Positions 1 through 11,734 of a DNA stretch of 64,000 bases are shown here, in pieces (the stretch's first letter is position 1; each line of letters opens with the position of its first letter). Origin of the DNA: Macrostomum hystrix (Eukaryota > Animalia > Platyhelminthes); the NCBI GenBank assembly GCA_950097015.1, contig CATNEN010000011.1, forward strand, positions 4,216,001 to 4,280,000, read 5' to 3'. A model generated the notes under the pieces. That model was not told the origin of the DNA. It ran no database searches and was given only the letters and a program-made list of their open reading frames with translations. A program made the translations under genes and the position numbers.

Positions 1-860
1 AAAAGATTTCTAAAATAGAAAAAATGAAAAAAAAACGGTAATTTCATTTTAACTTTAGATTTGCTGAATAAACAAAAAGTTTTGTATATTTGTACTGTTA
101 TAGCTAACGTCCTGCTCGCGTAGATCTAATTAAATGATTGGCCACACCAGGTACAGTTCTGTGACGTTTTTACTTTTTACTTTTGTTAACCAGAGCTATA
201 AAAGAAAGTGCTGCGTAACTGACAGGAATAAAACAATATCAGATCGAGAATCCATAAAAAACCATAAATCAAAAAGCACAATTTCCTTATTACATTTGCT
301 TGCGAATTTAAAGTTCTGATAGGCAGTACATATAATAAGATTGCTCTTGAGAGACAAACACAGGTAGCATATATTAATCAGCTGCTAACGCTGTTAAAAA
401 AGCAGTCGCACTGTTGCCTTGACGCTAGCGTGCTTGACCAAAGCGAGGTAGGAGGTCTCTAGGGGGTGGGGTCAGAGAATAATAGGAAGTAGTGGATAGG
501 GTAGGTCCAGTGTGTTGGCCCGTACTAATGCACGCCCACTTCAGGCAAAGGCAGAGGGTGCAGCCATGAAGCTCATAGAGACACCTTTTGTCGCCATATA
601 TCTATTATATTTCTATCAATATGCTTTAATGCGAAGGTTTGCAAGCAGCCTCTTATTTTCAAATTGAGACGGGCTAGGCTAGTGGAAGAAGACACAAAAC
701 CATCTTAGAGAGGCAGACAGAAAAGATTCTTAGATAGAGAGGGCGACGCGCACAAATTTATTCACTGACACTAAAAGAGCAAGCAAGCTGAACACGCTGT
801 TTTGCGTATTTTTTGGCCTTAAACTGCTCCTGGTCTAGTCACTCGATTTGAGACCGCGAC

Positions 861-3800
861 ATGTCGGTAAGATTTGCTGAGTAGCTTATTAATCGACACT
901 ATTGCCCCAGTCGGTATAGATGCAGTTACTCCTTTAAAATCTGCAATCTGCGAAATTTTCTGACCCTCACAAAAACAGGATGCCGGGGAAGGCAATGCCG
1001 AGGTGCTCGAACTAACACCGGAAGAGGAGAAAGGTAAGTAGCTGTATCAGCCGACCAAGCTTCCATCGACAAGAGCAGATCGAAAGTCTGATGCTTTGGT
1101 CACAGTTGATGGTATTTTAATTAGAGATTAAATTAGATTGTGCTTTGAAATAAAATTATAGGAAATAGAGATTTTCAATTTCACCTTTTCAGTGTTTCGC
1201 GAGACATACAACGCGTTGAACAAGGGCCGTGGCGACCTCCCAGTGAATCTCATTGGTCAGGCCCTGCGCATGAACAACCAGTGCCCAACGGAGGCAGAGC
1301 TGCAGAAGATCATCGAGGATCATCGCGATGAGGAAGCCATCGATCCAGGTGAGAATTTGGGGACAATGGTCCCTGACTCGCTCAGAAATTTACATGCGCT
1401 CTGACTCGCTTATCATCAGGCATGCACGACTTACTCGACAAACTGTTTTCATTCTTATTCTTAATTGCCATTCAATACTAGTCTAGAAGTCCGTGGCTCA
1501 ACTATTTTGCTGACATTCTTTACGCGAATAAATACTATTTACATCTTCAGACGAGATGCCCAAGATTGACTTTGAAGAGTTCTGTGCCATCATGAAGGAG
1601 AATTGGAAGACACGCGACCAGCTCGAGGACCAACTCAAGGCAGCATTCGCAACCTTCGACAAGGCGGAAAGTGGAATCATCGAGGCCGAGGACCTGAAGA
1701 ACTGGATGATGACCCTTGGCGAGGCGTTGGAGGAGAACGAAGTGAACGAACTGCTGAAGGACGCTGGCACACTGGATGGCAAGGTGCCATATGACCGTGA
1801 GTTTAGCAAACGATGAAAAGATACGTCTCGGTAATTAAAAAATGGTCATAATGAACATCTTATAACAATAAGAACACTGCTTAGATGCGTCTGTTCAAAG
1901 CTGTCAAAGGCACACCAAAAGGCTGCAATGTACTGCTGTTCAGTCCATGGACTAAACGCCGCCACACCAACCAAAGACCGCCAGTGGTACATTAGTAGTA
2001 GTCTACTTTCGCAGTCATTGATTTTAGCTCCAGCTAATCCGGGTTCCCATTTTACATCTGGGTGAACTGAAGCAGTTGGGGAATCAATATTTGTTAATAC
2101 ATTCATTTCAATAGTACTGTTCCTTCAAGGTTATTATTCTTCCTAGAAAAATATGCACACGAAATATGAAGAACCCAAGCTGAAACGTACTCGATCCTCG
2201 TAACATCGCGAGCTGCCTGACCGAAAATTCGCTACGAGAGCACAAGCTGTACAATTAGTGCCAAATAGAAGTGGTAGATGAGGTCCAATCATTATTTAAA
2301 TGCGGTTGTTAAAAGTATAGACCACCCGTTCAAACTCGAAAATAGTAAATTTGGAGAATAAACTCCGACTTTAAGTCACATTTTACTAAAATTTTACTCA
2401 AACTACGAGTTGAACAAACAAACAAACAAACTCGTAGTTGATGTTGTGATTGACAATGCTTGCGCATATGCTTGAAAACTGACAATGAACTATTGACCAT
2501 ATTGAATGCGTGCGTGGGCGCATACTGCACTCAGGCTAGAGTGAGTAGGATTGCGTATTGATTTGTCAACGTGCATTATTAAGCAACGTGCAAGTAGGAG
2601 ATGAACTCTATAAATATAATGTGAGCGAGACTGGTGTCTCTGAGCGTGAAACTTCAATCAACAAAACTCTTGTGTCAATTAGAACACAACAGTTGAATTG
2701 CACAAAATGACAGGAAGCTACGAAATAACTGGCAAAGTAACAGAAATGACGTCATTGCGAGAATATCTGACCTGAGGCTAAACCAATTTACCAAGAGGAC
2801 CAGTGCAGTGAAATATATTGGTGAATTTTTATATCTTTTTTAAGTAGCCATGCTGGCAAAAACGCCATTTAAATTACCTAATTGCAAAATCTTAAAATAT
2901 ATCAAAGGTAGCTCGTAGCATTCAATTTAGCTATTGCGTTTATATTAGAACTACGGCGCGTATAACCGTAATGCCGTAATGCAAAGAAAAAATATTTTCG
3001 GGAAAATGCGAGATGAATGTTAAGCTGAATCTGTAATTGCAAAGCCTTGATACAATTTGATCCTCGTAACATAGTACACGTTGATCCCTATAATCGCGTG
3101 TTCTCAGGGTTTGACTTTTTCTGCATCCTAATCGGACCATCGCAGACAAAAATGGCACGATCCGGGACTGTATCAACTGTTTGCTGTACCATGTGGGCCG
3201 ATGACTTGGCAAACATTTTGTGTGTGTTTGAACACTGCGTGGTCAGACCAGCCACTCAGCTCAACATGCACTTACTCGGTATAAAAACCTATTTCCATAA
3301 CGTTTAGACGTTATAAAAGTATTATTCACTGATGGAACTAAATACATTATCATCTTCACTTGGTGCAAAAACTCAAATCAGTTGATCGATAGGTCACGCC
3401 ACGCTTTGGATAGCTGTACTTTAGAGGCTAGATAATTAATTAGCATTGCAACTATGCTCTCACAGACAACGCCTTTAGCATCCACATTGCGAGAGCCTGT
3501 AGTCCAAAGGTTTTAGCTTGGGAAATGTGAGAGAAAAAAAATTTGCTGCATCTCCCCAGTCCGTGGACTGGTCAAGTGTAGCAGCATTGCGGGTGAACAT
3601 CCAGCCCAACTCGACTCTTTACTGTGTCGTTTTTTATACGGCATGAACTTATTACATATTTAACTAAGCCATCTTCACATTGTGGTTATCAGTACTTACT
3701 CACAAGCCATCAAACAATCAACAATACTCAACCCTACATCTGTACAGAGTTCATTCCTCACCTCCTGGACGCATTCGGCCGGCCAGCCTCCAAGAAGCCG

Positions 3801-3866
3801 AAGGGTTCAGCGAAGAAAGGAGGCGGCAAAAAGTCTGCGGCCGCATCCAGCAAGAGGAAGAAATGA
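861..3866 (+). CDS. Calmodulin-like EF-hand protein (~193 aa) with Lys-rich C-terminal tail; exons 861-866, 979-1033, 1193-1348, 1551-1796, 3748-3866
   Basis: All four introns are GT-AG with matching phases (ATGTCG|gtaag, AAAG|gtaag, CCAG|gtgag, GACC|gtgag). Spliced product: MSDAGEGNAEVLELTPEEEKVFRETYNALNK...CPTEAELQKII...IDFEEFCAIM...AFATFDKAESGIIEAEDLKNWMMTLGEALEENEVNELL...DGKVPYDQFIPHLL, matching the calmodulin/myosin-light-chain pattern, then KKPKGSAKKGGGKKSAAASSKRKK. Confidence 0.85.
1921..1968 (+). repeat. Short dispersed repeat with palindromic core AGTCCATGGACT (also at 15218-15264 and, inverted, at 3552-3570)
   Basis: GGCTGC..TACTGCTGTTCAGTCCATGGACT..CGCCACACC recurs at 15218; CTCCCCAGTCCGTGGACTG at 3552 is the reverse complement of the 15.2-kb copy with one mismatch. 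Confidence 0.5.
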
Positions 3867-4345
3867 GCGACCATGTGGGGTTCTGAGCAGAGTATCATCC
3901 AGAGCTGCTCTAACCTTTGTGCATACGAAATACCATTAAAAATATATTGTTTTGTTACTCGTATTTATAATATACGGTACTCGCTTATAATTATGTGTAT
4001 TCATCGTTTAATACGAGCTATAACTTCTTACTGTTTCTAATTGATCTTTACACTCAACAAGGAAATAATTTGTGGCTGGCACAGATTTCACGAGTCGAGA
4101 AGGGAAGTCCGTGTTCTGATTGGGTCTGCTGCGGTTCAAATCTGGTCAGTCGAGGCCAACTGGTACTCGTACGTGATGAAAAGCCGACTCATTAATCATG
4201 CTCACTTATGTTTAACGACTAAATTCGAGGAATATTACATGGGACTCTCGGATACTCGATTCAATTCTAGAGTAGTCAGAAAACGTTCTTGAATTTCGAG
4301 GTTCAAGCTTACATTCAAGGAGGTACTTCTGATCGAACATAAACA

Positions 4346-5329
4346 ATGGCGCTAGCAGACCACCTCCGCATCGCCCTTATGGCCGTCCTGGGCTTGTCAA
4401 TCGTGTTTAACGCTCTCTTCCTAGTATTCACAGTTCGAAGGAAGATTGGAACTCGACTGTGTACAATTCTGCTGCGCTGTCAGGCGGTCGTCGACCTGCT
4501 GCTTGTGACTGCCAACTTGATATTCCTGCAGTTCAAAGCTTTCATGCCAGAACTGAGCCAGTCCGCCTCAGACATGGCCTGGTACATCTACTGCAAGATT
4601 TATCCGAGCCAGGTTGTCTACTGGAGTCTAGTCTGCATGAGTGTGTACAGCATCATCTGTGTCTCTGTTGAGCGCTGCATCTGCCTTTGTTATCCGTTCT
4701 GGTATCGACTGAACAGGAGAAAACTGCTGTTTGCCTTCTATGCAGTTATCGCTGTTTCACCGTTTCTTGTGGAAGCACCTTTCTGTCTAATCTCAAGAAA
4801 TATTGTATTTAACACCAGCGGCAACGGAACAGTTAGAAAGTTCTGCTTGTATACATTCAATGGCCACCAAGCTGAGAAGGTGGTCAGCATCGCTTATGTG
4901 ACCCTCTTCTGGTTATTACCATTCAGCCTGATCGTGATTCTGTACCTGTGCATAATTTGCCGCATTCGAAAATCGGCTGGCATGCGAGCAATGTCTGCAG
5001 CAACCAGGGATGGGTCAATCAGCGCAGCTGCCAGGAAGCTGACTCTAACGACAGGCGTCACCGCGGCTGCGTTTGTACTTTTATTTGCGTTGGACAGTGT
5101 CACTCTTCTGCTAGGAAATCTCAACATAACCGTTAAAGTTTCCATGTTTTTTGATGAACTGGACTCATTCTTAGTGAGCATGAACAGCGTGGTAAATCCC
5201 CTTATATTCCTCATTTTTATGCCAGACTTTCGGCACTTTCTTTTTTGTCGAGAACATCAAGGTCTGGAAGGACGTAAGATTAGCCACTCCGGTGCGGCTT
5301 TTGAGATGCTTCAGGCTTCAGCTAACTAA
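4346..5329 (+). CDS. Class A (rhodopsin-like) GPCR, intronless, paralog 1 (327 aa)
   Basis: Seven hydrophobic segments; TM1 Asn (FNAL), TM2 AVVD, TM3 SVERC (DRY variant), TM5 LPF..Y, TM7 MNSVVNPLIF. Confidence 0.92.
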   Translation: MALADHLRIALMAVLGLSIVFNALFLVFTVRRKIGTRLCTILLRCQAVVDLLLVTANLIFLQFKAFMPELSQSASDMAWYIYCKIYPSQVVYWSLVCMSVYSIICVSVERCICLCYPFWYRLNRRKLLFAFYAVIAVSPFLVEAPFCLISRNIVFNTSGNGTVRKFCLYTFNGHQAEKVVSIAYVTLFWLLPFSLIVILYLCIICRIRKSAGMRAMSAATRDGSISAAARKLTLTTGVTAAAFVLLFALDSVTLLLGNLNITVKVSMFFDELDSFLVSMNSVVNPLIFLIFMPDFRHFLFCREHQGLEGRKISHSGAAFEMLQASAN

Positions 5330-6067
5330 AGAGTGTAACCGGACTGTGCAAAAGAATAACTAATTCACAAGTCGTAATGGGCATTGAAAAGGCGTATCTC
5401 ATACAATGGATTAAGTAAAACCAAATTTCGACATCTAGCGAGAAACCATGTGCGACGTCAACTGTTTATCTTACTCCGTGTTTTTGAATAAATAAATGAA
5501 GCAATTAATGATATCCCATTATTTCAGAGTCTATGAAAATCTGAACTCAGAATTTATTTTTGGTTGAAAAAAATCAATTTGCCACAAGATACAAATACGA
5601 GCGTATATTCTAATCAAGTATCATTCTAGCTCATCAAGGCGAAGCTGATGATTGGAAGTCGATTTAAGTTTAAAACAATGATGAGTGTCAAAAGGCCTGC
5701 AGGCTTCAAAGACCGTTTAGATTCATGTGATCATGCCTTCAATCGATCATCTTAAGGACATTTCTTGTGCTTTTGGCAGTTCAAAGTTTATCAAAGACAG
5801 ATCAATCGAACATCAAACACATCTCTTAGTTTTCTTCCGTCACTAAATGCACCAGGACGACAAAGAATAAATTGATTTAGACACAAATTTATTCCTAATT
5901 GTGTCCATGCCACGGTAAATAAAATAGAAGTAGCGAACAGCAGTTATTGATTTATCGAATTTCTGGAGGAGCTTGAACAGGACACACAAAGAAGATAAAA
6001 AAATACATAAGGACAAGTCGCACAAGCCGTGCTATCACGCAACCATCAAGTCTCATTTGCCATTCTT

Positions 6068-7066
6068 ATGGCGCTCGCAGATGACTTTCGCATCGCCCTC
6101 ATCGCCATCCTGGGCGTCTCAATCGTATTCAACGCTCTATTCGTAGCTTTCACAGTGAAACGCAAGATTGGAACCCGCCTGTGTACAGTTCTACTGCGCT
6201 GTCAGGCAGTCATCGATCTGCTGCTTATGACTGCTAATATGTTGGTCATGCAGTTCCGCACGTATGTACCTGAGCCTAGCCAGTCTGCGTCAGACATCGC
6301 TTGGCAAATCTACTGCAAGCTATATCCCAGCCAGGTACTCTACTGGAGCCTAGTGTGCATGAGTGTTTACAACATTGTCTGCGTCTCTGTTGAGCGCTGC
6401 ATCTGCCTGTGTTTTCCCTTCTGGTATCGTTTGAACAAGCGCAGATTGCTGTTCGTTTTGGCCATTGTAATCGGTTTGTCACCGTTCCTAGTGGAGGCAC
6501 CCTATTGTCTGATGGCTCGAAATGTCATTTATCGCGATACAGGAAACGGTACAATTAGAAAGGTGTGCCTTTACACATATCATGATGCGGAGGGCGAGAA
6601 AATTATAGGTATATCTTACGTAACCCTGTTCTGGATATTTCCCTTCTTTCTTATCGTTCTGCTCTACCTGTGCATTATCTGTCGCATTCGCCAGTCGGCA
6701 AACATGCGTCAGACTTCGGCAGGTGGTGCTGGCACTGGCGGTGGCAGCGGTGGGATCAGTGCTGCGGCTAAGAAACTGACGTTGACTACAGGAGCCACAG
6801 CTGCGTCATTTGTCCTACTATTTGCAATGGATAGCATCACCTTTCTTTTAGGAAATTTGGAAATAGAAGTTAATCTGTCACCGTTTTTCGATCAACTCGA
6901 CTCTTTCCTGGTGAGCATGAACAGCGCGGTGAATCCATTGATTTATCTGATTTTTATGTCCGAGTTTCGCTCCTTCCTTCTGTGCCGCGGTCGTTCAGCC
7001 GATGGTGGTACTAAAAAGGTCAATTCTGCATCTGGCACTGAAATGACTCAGGTATCTGCCGGTTGA
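6068..7066 (+). CDS. Class A GPCR, intronless, paralog 2 (332 aa from ATG 6068)
   Basis: MALADDFRIALIAILG aligns with the paralog 1 start; SVERC, NPLIY; Gly-rich insertion in ICL3. Confidence 0.92.
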   Translation: MALADDFRIALIAILGVSIVFNALFVAFTVKRKIGTRLCTVLLRCQAVIDLLLMTANMLVMQFRTYVPEPSQSASDIAWQIYCKLYPSQVLYWSLVCMSVYNIVCVSVERCICLCFPFWYRLNKRRLLFVLAIVIGLSPFLVEAPYCLMARNVIYRDTGNGTIRKVCLYTYHDAEGEKIIGISYVTLFWIFPFFLIVLLYLCIICRIRQSANMRQTSAGGAGTGGGSGGISAAAKKLTLTTGATAASFVLLFAMDSITFLLGNLEIEVNLSPFFDQLDSFLVSMNSAVNPLIYLIFMSEFRSFLLCRGRSADGGTKKVNSASGTEMTQVSAG

Positions 7067-9712
7067 CAGGAGTCAAGTTTAGATTTTTAATCAAGACGTT
7101 CTTGACCTTGTCGATAGACGAGCGTAGATACCTGATTAGTCAAAAGTCACTAACTGACATCAAGCGAGTATAATGCCTCATTTAGAAATGTGCACACTGG
7201 ACTTAATTAGTTGTTAACATCAATTCACATCGAATAGCCGATTGAATAAATTATCATGTAAAAATGGAATATATACATAAAATACTTTAGATAGATCTTA
7301 AATCATTTAAATACACAAATGCACTGTACTAATTTTTTGTAACTTTTCTATTATTTAACGTATTGATTTAAAGAAACGGAGAGTATGTTGTTGAAAACGA
7401 TTTGAAGTCTTTACTGCATTTCCTTAAATTTAATATTTTATGTACTGAGGCATGGAGACATAGAAGTTTCATCTGAAATATGCTGTATGGCATATGCAAA
7501 CCGAGAAAAGGAGAACAACGATCCAAATCTAAAAGCATTAGGAATAAGTCGATAATTCGCATATCATGCTTAAACTTCGGTGAAAGTTTTCTCCTCGCTT
7601 CTCTCTTCTCCTTTATCTAGATATGCGAATGCATATATATCATTCCGTACACAGAAATGCTACAAAATACAATTGCTGCTCGCCATTAATTCCGATTAAT
7701 GCCTGAAGTGCGAGAAAATGGGCCGAGAAAATGCTAGCCATTTGCTTATTGTTGGATACTCGTGCCGCTGCTGAAAGCAGAAAGCTCAGAGATAAGAGTG
7801 AAATTAGCGAGACATGTTTTACTGCTCTGTTAGATCTTATCGCATAAACTTTTACTACTGATTACTTGACTATTTACAATAAGTGAAATTGTGTCGCTGC
7901 TTTGATATACAAGTACGAGTACTTCAAAATTTCTAGAAATCGAAGTTAAAACTTAAAATCCAGGACGAGAATTCGACATTGGCCGAATTGAATGACGATA
8001 CTGACCTCGATGTCAAATGACACATAAAATTTAATTTTACTTTACCTCATTGGTGACTAAAATGTTGATTTTGCATGCCCAATGCGTTGAAAAGAAGAAT
8101 AATTGTTACTTTCTTGCTACTTTCGTTCAACAGTTTTATTTTTCTTCTTGCTGCAAATGGAAGTAGTGTGCAGTATAATCATAAAAGTATAATTAGTATA
8201 ATCTGGCCTTTATCTAGATGGAGCTACATGGAAGGCACCTGCTTACTATACACACTCATTTGCAAATTTCTTCAATGCGTTCATTAAGACTGAAAAGTAC
8301 TTTTGTGGTCAGTATCAATAACAGCAGTCTTTTTTTCGATCCAATATGACTTGACCTCTCGGTCGTCAATGCCGGTTTTTGTGGCTAAATTCAGGCACAG
8401 GGAAAGTATAAGTTTCTTTTGTCAGAGAATCACTTTTAGTACTACAATGGGAGGAAAAACCGCTTGCGGCTTCAATTAAAAATCGAGGAAACCCTATTAG
8501 CATTTAAAATTTCAGTTTGTATCTACACAAATAGGAATGGAACACAAATGTGGACACAGTTGAAAATAGTGTAACATTGTAAATGAATTGATGGTGAGGA
8601 TCGATAGTTTGGCTGACATCAACTTAGCAAACAGAGTCTACTTTAACATGAACCAGAAAGATGTTAGGCACTGTTTGCTGGTGGTTCCTGTGACTTTATT
8701 TGCTCCGGGAGTTTCAAGGCTGTACTTATTGAATTAACTGAAACCAAATTCAACTAGAGAATCAGCTGAATTGAAGAGTTGGATGTATGCAATGCTTCTC
8801 AATGTATGCAATCGATGAGCTTTTAAATTTTTTTCATGAGAACGGACTTGAAAGAATAGAGGCTGTTGCTAGGACTTCTGTATAATTAATTTATTTGAAG
8901 GTACAAAAAAAGTCATTAGCGCCCGCTATCTCTAAGACGAGATCAGCAACAATCTGATCCTATCCCGTGATCCCGTGATCCTAGGTGGGCAGGAGGTCAA
9001 CCGACCTGCCAAAGAGGCAGCTGGCACCACCCGCAGTCGTTCACAAGCCTGTGCTCTACGTTCCAAGTCAGGCACCGTATTTGCAACCCGGAGCACATCT
9101 TTAAACTAAATCTCAGTGAATCAATACTTGAGCCGAGACAACTCGGGACGTTTACCGCCTCACAGCAATAAAAGAGCGACAAAACAAGACAATCAAATTT
9201 TACGTGACATTATTTTACTGTCTAAGTTGTGCCTGAACTGGGAGCTTCCAACATTTTTGGTGCTTTCTTACGATTTATTTGTCCCTTGTGTCAACGTTCA
9301 AAATGTCTCTACAGCATGTTTGTGCTTCTAAAAGTACAAAAGTTAAAAAACATTTTTTAACTAACTGCTTGTAAGTAAATGTAAGTCGCCAGGTTGCGCT
9401 GATAATATGATTGATCTCTCTCAGAGACATCATAGTTATGAGCGTAAAATTGCATTTGTATCTGTGACAATCCTGCTCTATCTCCAGCACCAATCTCGAA
9501 TCAATCTCGCATTGTCTTCAATACCTTTGCATTGGTCAGTCAGCCAGCAGCTCATTGACTGTACAATACCATTGCAAGCATTCCAGCAAATGAAATTTCA
9601 CCTAGATATAAGCGCGAGAAACTGGGCTTCCCTCGTATTTTATTCATCCCTCAGCATCATTAAAGCTCGTTGTTTTTCCACTTTATTTTTTATCTATCGG
9701 AAAAATATACAG

Positions 9713-10705
9713 ATGACAATCTCTGACAATTTTCGAGTTGCCCTCGTTACAATGCTAGGTGCGTCAATCATTCTCAACCTGCTGTTCGTTGCCTTCACGC
9801 TGCGTCACAAGGTTGGCACTCGTCCATGCACAGTACTGTTACGCTGTCAAGCCGTCATTGACCTGATGCTCATAACTGCCAATATTTTGGTCATGCAGTT
9901 CCGAGCTTTCATGCCAGAACTGAGCCAGAGCGCTTCGGACATTGCTTGGCATGCCTACTGCAAACTTTACCACAGCCAGGTACTCTACTGGAGTCTAGTC
10001 TCCATGAGTGTGTACAGCATTGTCTGCGTCTCTGTTGAGCGCTGCCTCTGCCTGTGCTGCCCGTTCTGGTATCGATCCAACAAACGCAAACTTCTCTTCG
10101 CTTTTGCCTTCGTCATTGCTTTGTCGCCGTGTCTTGCTGAGGGGCCCTTCTGCCTCCTGTCAAGAAATGTTGTACTCAAAGAAATTGAGAATGGTACGAT
10201 TTGGAAGGAATGCTTGTACACAATCTCGGGCCTTGAAGTTGAGACGGCCTTCAGTATAGCCTATGTGACACTGTTTTGGATTGTTCCGTTTGCACTAATT
10301 GTGTCCCTTTACCTGTGCATCATATGCCGCATCAAGCGGTCGATGAATTTAAGAGGAAATTCTGCCAGCAGGCACCGTGAGGGAATCAGCTCTGCGGCCA
10401 AGAAGCTAACGCTGACCACAGGTCTCACTGCAGCAGCTTTCGTGCTGCTTTTTGCGATGGACAGCGTCACATTTCTGCTGAGCACGTTAAAAATATTTGT
10501 ATTTGTATCGCCCTTCTTTGATGAGCTAGATTCTTTCTTGGTCAGCATGAACAGTGCCGCCAACCCGCTCATCTTCTTGATTTTCATGCCGCAATTTCGA
10601 CACTTTCTTCTCTGCCGCCGTGGATGCGGTAGGCAGGAAGGAAATGGCAGGTCAATGACCGCTTCTGGAGTTGCAGTTGAAATGGCGCAGCTTCCTGCCA
10701 GATGA
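9713..10705 (+). CDS. Class A GPCR, intronless CDS, paralog 3 (330 aa from ATG 9713)
   Basis: MTISDNFRVALVTMLG aligns with paralogs 1 and 2; SVERC, NPLIF. The ATG directly follows a T-rich tract ending in CAG, so an upstream non-coding exon is likely. Confidence 0.9.
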   Translation: MTISDNFRVALVTMLGASIILNLLFVAFTLRHKVGTRPCTVLLRCQAVIDLMLITANILVMQFRAFMPELSQSASDIAWHAYCKLYHSQVLYWSLVSMSVYSIVCVSVERCLCLCCPFWYRSNKRKLLFAFAFVIALSPCLAEGPFCLLSRNVVLKEIENGTIWKECLYTISGLEVETAFSIAYVTLFWIVPFALIVSLYLCIICRIKRSMNLRGNSASRHREGISSAAKKLTLTTGLTAAAFVLLFAMDSVTFLLSTLKIFVFVSPFFDELDSFLVSMNSAANPLIFLIFMPQFRHFLLCRRGCGRQEGNGRSMTASGVAVEMAQLPAR

Positions 10706-11084
10706 TGCGGAGTACAAATATTTCGCTAAACATATTTTCCCCACTTACATCGTTTTAGTTTTTCTGCAGACAAGCGATTACCAGAAAATTCACTGGGATA
10801 CTTGACTTGAAAATCACTGTAATAAGAGTGAATTGAAGCTCATAGCAAGTCGAGTGCCAACCTCGTTGAAATATAATCAAATTATAGGCAAGTCGTTTTT
10901 TGCAGCGATAGAGCTTGTAAAATTCTGGCTGTTGAACATCGAGCTAATAGCAATCAATATAATTTCCATTTTTGGACTTCCATTTTACAGTAGCAACAGT
11001 ATATTTTCGGTTGCTAAGAATACCAGGAAGATAGCAAACTTTTAGGCAAAAAAAGCGGGTCTCTTTGACTGTAGGAATATGAGA

Positions 11085-11165
11085 AAGGAGAGAGATAAGA
11101 CAGGAGGAGATGAGACAGGAGAGATGAGACAGGGGAGATATAAGAATGGGGAAATATGAGACAGG
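11085..11165 (+). repeat. Purine-rich low-complexity repeat (GAGACAGGAGAT-like)
   Basis: Several imperfect GAGACAGGA(G)GAT units are visible. Confidence 0.6.
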
Positions 11166-11191
11166 ATACTATAGGTGTTGGAAGGGGCAAC

Positions 11192-11255
11192 GGGCCGTAT
11201 TTGGAAGCGTCGAGGGCCGCATCTGGCCAGCGGGCCGGAGTTTGCTGGCCCCATG
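11192..11255. mobile_element. Possible terminal remnant of a hAT-type DNA transposon/MITE
   Basis: GGGCCGCATCTGGCCAGCGGGCCGGAGTTTG..CCCCATG resembles, from memory, the GGGCCG..GGCCCGCGGGCC..AGTTTG..CCCCTG ends of hAT MITEs. The partner terminus was not found. Confidence 0.3.
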
Positions 11256-11734
11256 CCATAGTCGGTAAAGAACAAATGTGTTTTTATGTAGCTTTGTTAC
11301 TCGTATTTAGCAAATAAACTTCCTGATAGATTATAGATATAGTAAAACAAGCAACAAGGAATGTGCCTGAATATGCAGACAAGTTTATGAGCTAAATCTA
11401 CGTCTGAACGTATATCTTTTTCTCGATTGAAGCTAATAGTACACAAAAATACTAATCCCAGTTTCCTTTTAAGGTAGTTAAACAAAAAAAGCAAAACTAG
11501 CTTTACTATACACAATGTTCTATTTTCTTGAAGAAAGGGTTTTAAGCGTCGGAAACAAGGCTCTGATATGGAGGCCGAGTAGTTATCGAGCTCTATCAAA
11601 TGCTCCTCGCGCCACGCTGGGAATATTGGAACTGATCCTGATGCTGCCGATAATCTGGGAATTTCTCGACACCACTGAAAGTGATTTACGCACAAGAAAT
11701 CACTCTGTTTCATTAGGAACTAAGTGAAAGAAAA

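Noticed and set aside
9407-9712. 102-aa N-terminal extension of GPCR paralog 3 (and the 13-aa GTG extension of paralog 2)
   Set aside because: No similarity to the paralogs; the region ends in an intron-like T-rich tract plus CAG right before the aligned ATG.
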